From an uncultured Verrucomicrobiae bacterium (lineage in GTDB: Bacteria > Verrucomicrobiota > Verrucomicrobiia > Chthoniobacterales > JAFAMB01): 64,000 nt of DNA. The notes beneath the pieces were generated by a model. It was not told the DNA's origin. It did not search any database and saw only the letters and a list, made by a program, of their open reading frames with translations. Position numbers and translations under genes: made by a program. The stretch's first letter is position 1. Each line of letters opens with the position of its first letter. Location of the stretch: contig CAVXLD010000001.1 of the NCBI GenBank assembly GCA_963762565.1, positions 960,001 to 1,024,000 on the forward strand, read 5' to 3'. Shown here one piece after another: positions 57,131 through 64,000 of the stretch.

Positions 57131-57251
57131 GGGGAGGGCGCGCGTCCCCGCGCGCCGTTCTTCGCGAAGCCCAAGGACAGACCAGATCGAGCGTTTGGCT
57201 AATTCCACGACCCAGACCAGTTCGCGGCGCGCGAGAACGCGCGGCCCTCCC
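57131..57251. repeat. REP-like doublet, family B
   Basis: GGGGAGGGCGCGCGTCCCCGCGCGCCG ... CGGCGCGCGAGAACGCGCGGCCCTCCC. Confidence 0.88.
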
Positions 57252-57260
57252 ACAATCAGC

Positions 57261-57809
57261 TCACTGAGCCGTGGGCGTCGCTGAGGCTGCCTCGCTTGCG
57301 CTCGGCGTAGCGGCCGGGCTGCTACTTGGGCTAGGAGACGGCGATGCCTGAGGAGCCTGAACACTTACACCGATCCCGTGCTGAAAGACCAAATGTCCTC
57401 CCAGTTGAGCAGCTCGTAACACGAAGAAACTCGCCACGAGCCCAGCCAGAGCGGTTAGGATGGCCACGATGCGCCGGCTTCTCCCGAAGCGGAGTAGGCC
57501 GAGTGCAATCAAAGAAAGCACCGCCGCCACAATCAATGCGATTAAGGCGTTGTCGCCCCACGTAGCATGTTCTCCCACCAGTTGCTTTTGCTCCGCGGTA
57601 AGCGTTGAGAACAACGATTCCTGTGATTCACCCGCCACCGTCGCAAACTTGGCTCCGAGGGCAGCCAGGACCAGAATGGTTGCGGTATAGAGCGGCAACC
57701 ACAGACGACGCGTGATGATCGATACCAACGCAAAGAGGGTTCCCAAGAAGGTTAGGACGATCGGTAAATGAACGATCGCAGGATGAAGCGGGTTTGGGAG
57801 TTCAAACAT
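57261..57809 (-). CDS. DUF2231 family membrane protein
   Basis: PLHPAIVHLPI, H..WG, LGGHLVFQHGIG; four TM segments. Confidence 0.8.
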   Translation of the reverse strand: MFELPNPLHPAIVHLPIVLTFLGTLFALVSIITRRLWLPLYTATILVLAALGAKFATVAGESQESLFSTLTAEQKQLVGEHATWGDNALIALIVAAVLSLIALGLLRFGRSRRIVAILTALAGLVASFFVLRAAQLGGHLVFQHGIGVSVQAPQASPSPSPSSSPAATPSASEAASATPTAQ

Positions 57810-57960
57810 GGCGGCGTCTCCGTATCTCTCTTTCGTCTATCAGTTTGGCGGCTCCGGGCAAAATAAGATTTGGCAGGCCCGGGACAGGATCAATCGAGCG
57901 TAAAATAAATCGACTTTTTTTCTTTAAAAAGTGAGCTACGATTTCCGTTCTCTCAGTAAC

Positions 57961-58033
57961 GGGGTCTTAGCTCAGTTGGTAGAGCGCCTCAATGGCATTG
58001 AGGAGGTCAGGGGTTCGAATCCCCTAGGCTCCA
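57961..58033 (+). tRNA. tRNA-Ala(GGC)
   Basis: Cloverleaf with acceptor GGGGTCT/AGGCTCC (G3:U70), anticodon arm CCTCA-ATGGCAT-TGAGG, T arm GGTTCGAATCC; 3' CCA not encoded after discriminator A. Confidence 0.96.
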
Positions 58034-58076
58034 GACTTCTCAAAACCCAAGATGATCCACTCCAAGAGGGGCGAAG

Positions 58077-58176
58077 TCTGCCCGACATAGCCTCCTGGAG
58101 TATAAAACGACAGGGCGACGTCGGGCTTGTTGTGTAACCCCGTCGTCCAGACTCCGGAAAGCTACGGCTGGCAGGC
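58077..58176. repeat. Family F palindrome doublet downstream of the tRNA
   Basis: CTGCCCGACATAGCC[21 nt]GGCGACGTCGGG ... CCCGTCGTCC..GCTACGGCTGGCAGG. Confidence 0.7.
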
Positions 58177-58215
58177 CAAATTCAGCCGAGGCCTCACATC
58201 AACGCACTACGCCTA

Positions 58216-58782
58216 TTGACGTTTTTTCAGTTTCATTGCTACTCCGGCCCAGGCATTCTTGGACCATTGAGTGCTCCACCGCTGCCACCACCGCTACCCA
58301 CGCCACCCGCGCCGCCGTCACCGCGCACTGGACGAGTAGCAACCTGCCTGGGTTGCGCCGTGGCTCTAGCGATCGGGATAGTGGTTGCCATTATTCTTCT
58401 CGTGATCGCCGAACAAAAGATCACGGACGCGGCGCACTCCACCGAAAGCCACAACTCGGTTATTGGCTCTATTTATGTCGGCGATTGGCAGGACGTGAAA
58501 AACCCGGAAAGCGTTATTCAGATACTTCCCAACGGCTCGGCCAGTTGCCGGATTGTGAACGGGACGACCAATTATAACATCACCGGTGCCCAGGCTACGT
58601 TCGATAAGCAAACCAATCGGCTTGCCATCAAACTTTTCTTGTTCGGCCCAAGCTGGCACGTCGATGAGCCGCCACACGAAACCGCGGACGGATTAGTGAT
58701 GAAGCTCGATGGCCAGACCTTCCGGAAATTCCAGAGCTATCCTTCTCCTTCTGGCACCCAAGCGCCAGGGGTGGCAATTTAG
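58216..58782 (+). CDS. Hypothetical single-TM protein with Pro-rich N-terminus
   Basis: PPLPPPLPTPP, CLGC followed by a TM helix; start uncertain. Confidence 0.65.
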   Translation: MTFFQFHCYSGPGILGPLSAPPLPPPLPTPPAPPSPRTGRVATCLGCAVALAIGIVVAIILLVIAEQKITDAAHSTESHNSVIGSIYVGDWQDVKNPESVIQILPNGSASCRIVNGTTNYNITGAQATFDKQTNRLAIKLFLFGPSWHVDEPPHETADGLVMKLDGQTFRKFQSYPSPSGTQAPGVAI

Positions 58783-58793
58783 GAGGAGTTGCA

Positions 58794-59012
58794 GGAGTGG
58801 TAGGGCGAGGCTCCGGAGAGACCGAAAAAAGAGGTTCAGGGCGAAATCACGTTTCGCCGGTATATCCGAGGCAATTGTCTAGGAGCGGCCGAGCCGTGGG
58901 TCGCGCCATTCACGGCTCGGCAACCATCAGGCCTTGCATTCGCTATATTATGGCGTGCCATTTCGCGCAGCGATCACCTCTCGAATATTCCGGAGCCTCG
59001 CCCTACCACTCC
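58794..59012. repeat. Four-arm REP-like doublet, family E, copy 2
   Basis: 24-bp outer IR GGAGTGGTAGGGCGAGGCTCCGGA/TCCGGAGCCTCGCCCTACCACTCC; inner GCCGAGCCGTG/CACGGCTCGGC. Confidence 0.9.
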
Positions 59013-59053
59013 TTCCCCTTGAACTCCTTGAACTCCTTCTCTACTGATGAACC

Positions 59054-60079
59054 GTGACCGAACGTTCAGGTATTCTCGCTGCCGGCAACTGGATTGTTGA
59101 TCACGTTAAGGTCATTGACATTTGGCCAAGCCAAGACGCATTGGCTATCATTCAGAGTGAGACTGACGGTAACGGCGGGTCTCCCTTTAATGTCCTGATC
59201 GATCTGTCGCGGTTGGGCGCGAACTTTCCTTTGCAAGCGGCCGGTATGATCGGCACGGATGCAGCCGGAGACTGGATCCTTGACGTCTGCCGGCGACATC
59301 GGATCGACGTCTCTTCAATGCATCGCACGGATGCAGCGCCCACTTCTTACACCGATGTCATGACGGTGGTGTCGACCGGCCGCAGAACCTTCTTTCATCA
59401 ACGAGGCGCCAACGCGCTTTTGAAAGGCAGCCACGTCCTACTCGAATCCTCAACGGCAAAGCTTTTCCATCTTGGTTATCTTCTGTTGCTAGATAGCCTG
59501 GATGAAGCTTGTCCAACCTTCGGAACCAAGTCCGCTGAAATACTGCACCGCGCATCGGATCTCGGTTTTGTCACTTCGGCAGATGTTGTTAGCGAAGAGA
59601 GTGATCGTTATCGCCAGATTGTTTTCCCCGCTCTACGCCATCTCGATTTGTTATTCATGAACGAGTTCGAAGCTGGACACATGGTCGATTGCCAGATTCG
59701 GGTCGGTGACGCGATCGATCGCGCCACCTTGGTGTCCACAGCGGAAACGTTGCTCAAAGCCGGTGTCCGCCAATGGATCATTATCCATTTCCCTGAAGGT
59801 ATCTTAGCGATGTCACCCAGCGGTAAGAAGCTCTATCAGCCCAGTCTGAAACTACCAGTAGACAGAATCAAGGGCGCTACCGGCGCCGGCGATGCCGTCA
59901 CTGCCGGTGTACTGTTTGGTTACTTAGAGGGCCTCCCCATGGAGACCTGCTTGCTCTACGGAGTCTGCGCCGCCGCAGCCTGCATGCTGCACCCGAGCGC
60001 TTCCGATGGAGTGCTTCCTCTCCCGAAGTGCCTAGAGTCCGTCGACGAGCTCTCGTTTCGCCCAGACCTCTTCCGATAA
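59054..60079 (+). CDS. PfkB family carbohydrate kinase
   Basis: GGSPFNV, RTFFHQRGANA, FMNEFEA, ATGAGDA. Confidence 0.9.
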   Translation: MTERSGILAAGNWIVDHVKVIDIWPSQDALAIIQSETDGNGGSPFNVLIDLSRLGANFPLQAAGMIGTDAAGDWILDVCRRHRIDVSSMHRTDAAPTSYTDVMTVVSTGRRTFFHQRGANALLKGSHVLLESSTAKLFHLGYLLLLDSLDEACPTFGTKSAEILHRASDLGFVTSADVVSEESDRYRQIVFPALRHLDLLFMNEFEAGHMVDCQIRVGDAIDRATLVSTAETLLKAGVRQWIIIHFPEGILAMSPSGKKLYQPSLKLPVDRIKGATGAGDAVTAGVLFGYLEGLPMETCLLYGVCAAAACMLHPSASDGVLPLPKCLESVDELSFRPDLFR

Positions 60080-60120
60080 CCACTGAGATCTTAGTTAAGA
60101 GGAATCTCAAGCAGCGCGGC

Positions 60121-60165
60121 ACTCATAATCCCTATAGGTCCTATAGGTCCCATGAGTCCTATCCG
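60121..60165. repeat. Single arm of the 9-bp-periodic GGGACTTAT family
   Basis: CCTATAGGTCCTATAGGTCCCATGAGTCCTATCCG. Confidence 0.75.
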
Positions 60166-60249
60166 TTGCCCGCCCAGCGCAAACTAACTCTGACCTGATG
60201 TTTGACGAAACGCGTGATGCTTTCAGCCCGGACGAGCAAGCCACCGTCC

Positions 60250-60984
60250 CTACCGGCCAAACAGCGCCTGGAAAAAGGACGGCCTCGATCCACCGTTGCT
60301 GGCCGCGAACCGCGTGACGGCATTACGGGTGTCGAAAGGCTTGGTGGCTATACCAGGAAAAGTTGGCATCGTGTAAGTGCGTATATCGACTACCATCTTT
60401 CCGGGCACTGGCTTCAGCGCTCGATGCTGCATGATGAATGCCGACGGCTCCTCATAGTTGGCCATGGTTCGCGTAGCCGCAGTATGAACAACCCCGATGG
60501 TGGTGTTGCGATGAATCTCAAAGTGCAGATGCGGATGGTAGAGTCCGTGAGCGTTCCCGACCAAGCCGATTTCTTGGCCTCGCGTAACCGGTTGGCCTTC
60601 GGCCACAAAAATCTTGTCTAGATGCGCGTACAAAGAATCAGCGTACTTAAGTTGGCCGCCTTCGTAGAAAGCGTGACGAATCACGATCACATTGCCCCAC
60701 GCACGTTTGAAATCTCTCGCCAAACTAACCACGCCGTTTCCGACCGCGTGCACAGGCGCTCGGTAGATTGCGCCCGGCCCGGCCGCGCTAACCCAATCTT
60801 CACCAAGGTGACCATGCACATTAAATCCGCGCGACATTTGGCACCCTTCAGCGTTTGGACCACCAACCGGAAAGTCGAACCGATCCGCAATTGACGTAGA
60901 AACCATGGTAGGATCACCAAAGGCAACCGTCGAGAACGCTAATAGGGAGGAAGCAAGTCCGATAACGAGCACTAGCCGGGACAT
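60250..60984 (-). CDS. M23 family metallopeptidase, exported
   Basis: HLGED, YAHL, HLHFEI; signal peptide from ATG 60984. Confidence 0.9.
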   Translation of the reverse strand: MSRLVLVIGLASSLLAFSTVAFGDPTMVSTSIADRFDFPVGGPNAEGCQMSRGFNVHGHLGEDWVSAAGPGAIYRAPVHAVGNGVVSLARDFKRAWGNVIVIRHAFYEGGQLKYADSLYAHLDKIFVAEGQPVTRGQEIGLVGNAHGLYHPHLHFEIHRNTTIGVVHTAATRTMANYEEPSAFIMQHRALKPVPGKMVVDIRTYTMPTFPGIATKPFDTRNAVTRFAASNGGSRPSFFQALFGR

Positions 60985-61225
60985 GCGGCTTGCTTGTAGA
61001 CGTGAATTAGCACATTGGCAAGGCAAAAATACAGATTTCGGACAACTCCTTCGAAGTTGGGAACACTACTCCGTCCGCAGAGCGGCTCTAGCACTTGATT
61101 CGGCCGTTCTACGTATTTTTTCAGGAAACGAAAATAATTTTGGGCCGCCCGAAGCGCAGCGCAGGCAGGACTTTAGCCCACTAGACCGAAATTACACTGC
61201 TCCAGGTGACACCTTAAGATTGGTA

Positions 61226-61376
61226 ATATCCGCAGATTACGCAGATTTCGCAGATTTCGGCATCAGGCTTGGACGAGGCTCTTCTGAATAGGCACGCCTT
61301 TCTGGCTCGGTCACGTTTTCTGTAACCCCGGGCATCATATGAACCTCAAATAGAAATCTGCGTAATCTGCGGATAT
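61226..61376. repeat. Inverted nonamer doublet (CGCAGATTA family)
   Basis: ATATCCGCAGATTACGCAGATTTCGCAGATTTC facing GAAATCTGCGTAATCTGCGGATAT. Confidence 0.85.
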
Positions 61377-61386
61377 TACCTTCACG

Positions 61387-62586
61387 TCACGCATACGAGC
61401 TCTCGCCGCGAATACCCAAAGCAATCCTGCGCTCTTTCCGCTCCTCTGCAGTCCGTGCGGCATACCCGCTTTCGCGAAATGCTCGCAGTGGGTCCCCTGA
61501 TAAACCACAGCTCTTCCGCCATTCAACCAGCGCAGGCCGAACATCGGTGAAAAACGCCTCACGCAAACATTCCTCAGCATCGATTTCAGAATTGGTTTCC
61601 TGATACTCGGCCAGCTCTGAGTGCCGCACCAGTGCGGCTTTGGCATACAACTCTTGGGCAGTGCAGACGGTCTGGATCGTCGCTTCGATCTTCGGTTTGT
61701 CGTTGTGCGATTGATCGATCATGTAGGCAATTTCGGGTCTGCGACCTGTTTCCCAGCCATAGAATAAGATCTCATTGAAGATGCGGAAAATCTGATACGG
61801 ATCGATCGACCCAAGAGTGAGATCGTCATCCGCGTAACGGCGATCATTAAAATGGAACCCGCCGAGCATCTCTTCATCCAACAGCCAAGCCACGATTTGC
61901 TCGATGTTTTGCGCCTGGTAATGGTGACCCGTATCGACTAACACTTTCGCTTTTGGTCCAACAGCTTTGGACACAATGTAAGCCATCCCCCAATCGGCCA
62001 GATCGGTATGATAGAACGTCGGTTCGAACGGCTTGTATTCGACCAACATGACTTGGTCTGAGTCCATCTCGGCGGCAACTTCCTGCAGCGATTCCGTGAT
62101 CGCCTTCTTCCGCCACCGAATATTTGCTTGTCCTGGATAATTCGACCCATCCGCAAACCAAAGAGACAAGTAACGGCTGGAAAGTTGTTTCGCGATCTTA
62201 ACGCTGTCCAGGATGTGAGCTCGGGCCGCCTTTCGGGCGTTCGCGTCCCGGTTGCATAGGGAACCATACTTATAGATCTGGTCCTGGAAGACGTTGGGGT
62301 TAACTGAACCCAGCTTCAGTCCCATCTTTTCTGCTGACCGTTTTACGCTGAGCGGATCTTGCGCGTCTTTAAAATCCCAAAGCACATGGACCGCCATGGT
62401 CGGGCAGCAACCGGTCACTTGGTGCACTTGGGCCGCATCAGAAATCTTGTCGTTGATATCGATCGCAGCGCCATCCTGAAGAAATTTACCGAAGCGTGTC
62501 CCAGTATCAGCAAACCCCCAGCTCGGAGTCTCAATCTGAAATTCGTTTAGAGCCGCCAGGACTTTATCAATTAGTTCGGAGTTCAT
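61387..62586 (-). CDS. rhaI: L-rhamnose isomerase, RhaI-type (xylose isomerase-like TIM barrel)
   Basis: IETPSWGF..TGTRF, WFADGSNYPGQ, EYKPFEP.FY, VDTGHH, GGFHFND..YADDDL, DQSHN. Confidence 0.8.
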   Translation of the reverse strand: MNSELIDKVLAALNEFQIETPSWGFADTGTRFGKFLQDGAAIDINDKISDAAQVHQVTGCCPTMAVHVLWDFKDAQDPLSVKRSAEKMGLKLGSVNPNVFQDQIYKYGSLCNRDANARKAARAHILDSVKIAKQLSSRYLSLWFADGSNYPGQANIRWRKKAITESLQEVAAEMDSDQVMLVEYKPFEPTFYHTDLADWGMAYIVSKAVGPKAKVLVDTGHHYQAQNIEQIVAWLLDEEMLGGFHFNDRRYADDDLTLGSIDPYQIFRIFNEILFYGWETGRRPEIAYMIDQSHNDKPKIEATIQTVCTAQELYAKAALVRHSELAEYQETNSEIDAEECLREAFFTDVRPALVEWRKSCGLSGDPLRAFRESGYAARTAEERKERRIALGIRGESSYA

Positions 62587-62653
62587 TCTGTTTTGGGGGT
62601 TACCAAGTCAATTCGTCACGCTGGTTTGCGAGTAATTTGCTATCTGCTATTTG

Positions 62654-63418
62654 CTATTTGCTATTTTGGACGAGCCTCAGCGAGTCACCCCCGCCTCCCA
62701 CCAAAATAACGGTCAACTTCCTCGGCCCATGCGCTCCTAAAACCAAGACCCTTTCGATATCTCCCGTCCGGCTGGGCCCGGTGATGAAAGTCATAAAGCT
62801 CGGAAAGTTTGGCGCATACTTCCGCTCCAGGAACTCAAAGGCGGCCGGCAAATCCGGCACCAACTGTCCAGCCGTCGCGATGACCACGTGATGAACAGGC
62901 AGTACCGATAACGCTCTCCCACCGCCGCTCTTCGCGGTCAACAACACACTTCCAGTTTGGGCAATCAATGCGTCACAACTGGTAATACCCGCCGAAACTT
63001 TCTCGAGATCGGTTTTCGCCGTCGATTGGCTCACTTCGAGTTTCCGAATCGAAAGATTTCTTAGGAGTGTTTGGGCTTCACTATCAACGGGGAAAGCAAT
63101 CGACTCCCATCCTTCGCGATCAGATAACTGCTGAAGTTGCGCACTTGCGGCCGCTTGATCTCGGCACGCTAAAAATTCGGTTTTCAACGTCTCGCTTCGT
63201 TCAGCAAATAGAGCCACTTGGCCGGCGAAATCATCGGGCACCTTCGGTAGAAGATGGCGAAAACCGCTCGATTGATCCGCCGCCGCTTCGCTATGGCGCG
63301 ACAGGTCCGGCGCCGCTTCGCTTAAGGGCGACGCATGACCAGAACTGCCGCCTCGCAAGGCCTCACGCACCCGGGCCAGAATGGAATCACGAGCGTTCAC
63401 GAAGTCCGTTGTTTCCAA
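62654..63418 (-). CDS. lutC: Lactate utilisation protein C (LUD domain)
   Basis: ARDSILARVR, IAQTGSV, ITGPSRTGDIE..LVLGAHGP. Confidence 0.88.
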   Translation of the reverse strand: METTDFVNARDSILARVREALRGGSSGHASPLSEAAPDLSRHSEAAADQSSGFRHLLPKVPDDFAGQVALFAERSETLKTEFLACRDQAAASAQLQQLSDREGWESIAFPVDSEAQTLLRNLSIRKLEVSQSTAKTDLEKVSAGITSCDALIAQTGSVLLTAKSGGGRALSVLPVHHVVIATAGQLVPDLPAAFEFLERKYAPNFPSFMTFITGPSRTGDIERVLVLGAHGPRKLTVILVGGGGDSLRLVQNSK

Positions 63419-64000
63419 AGATCACGAAACGATTTTCTAGCGAACGAAGGTAATTCGCGGCTTTTGGTCCAAGACCAAGCCGGATCGGCTGCAGTTGCGT
63501 TAAACAAACGCTGTAGAGGCGCGAGACCTTTCATGACTTCGGTGGCGTACCCAAATAGACGCGGCCGATTAACCACAAAAGCAAAAGCCTTAAAACCAAG
63601 CTGCTGAAAGGGCGAACTCTTCTCCGTCACAGCGTTTCGCCGATTTTGTAAAAGATGATGATGCAGATCGATCTTCACCGGACAAGTCTCAGTGCAAGCG
63701 CCGCACAGCGATGAAGCTTGCGACAGATGCTGCCACGATTGCAGTCCTCGCAAATGAGGGGTTATGACTGAACCGATGGGACCTTGATAAGTGGTGCCAT
63801 AAGCATGTCCGCCAACATTTCGGAAAATTGGGCAGACATTCAGACAAGCCCCGCACCGGATACACCGTAAGGCGTCTCGCTGCTCGGCGTCGGCCAGTAG
63901 CCGAGTCCTACCGTTATCCAGCAGCACAACGTGCATTTCTTCCGGACCGTCAATCTCGTCAGCGCTGCGCGGCCCTCCGATTAGCGAGTTATAGCAAGTG
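63397..64000 (-). CDS. lutB: Lactate utilisation protein B, Fe-S (3' part only)
   Basis: DGPEEMHVVLLDNGR, CIRCGACLNVCP, YQGPIG, SSLCGAC...CPVKI. Confidence 0.92.
   Translation of the reverse strand, partial: TCYNSLIGGPRSADEIDGPEEMHVVLLDNGRTRLLADAEQRDALRCIRCGACLNVCPIFRNVGGHAYGTTYQGPIGSVITPHLRGLQSWQHLSQASSLCGACTETCPVKIDLHHHLLQNRRNAVTEKSSPFQQLGFKAFAFVVNRPRLFGYATEVMKGLAPLQRLFNATAADPAWSWTKSRELPSFARKSFRDLWKQRTS

Noticed and set aside
57961..58782. Genomic island or prophage integrated at tRNA-Ala
   Set aside because: No integrase or phage gene, and no duplicated tRNA 3' end was seen.

Overview
64 kb of ordinary bacterial chromosome with about 55 CDS and one tRNA-Ala(GGC). No rRNA, CRISPR array, integrase or transposase was seen. 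Gene content and repeat style suggest a soil Verrucomicrobiota genome (Spartobacteria/Chthoniobacterales-like); this is inference only. Housekeeping genes include glnD, valS, truA, ruvX, cysE, galK, grpE, dnaJ, rsmE and murI. Other genes include an Ada/AlkA-ogt repair pair, a beta-CASP nuclease/ATP-dependent ligase fusion, a three-gene arginine succinyltransferase operon, a sulfurtransferase-SufE pair and rhamnose isomerase/lactate utilisation genes. Two things stand out. (1) A probable lysine catabolic operon (48956-53347) is led by an uncharacterised 493-aa protein whose motifs resemble DUF1338/HglS 2-oxoadipate dioxygenase-decarboxylases. (2) Many intergenic gaps hold palindromic repeat doublets from at least eight families. 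Several are four-arm elements in which both REP-like hairpins carry variable ~28-85 nt loops, some are nested inside one another, and some arms are read in frame inside proteins. A lipoprotein gene has a one-base frameshift in its signal peptide. All product calls come from motif recognition by eye, with no database search.
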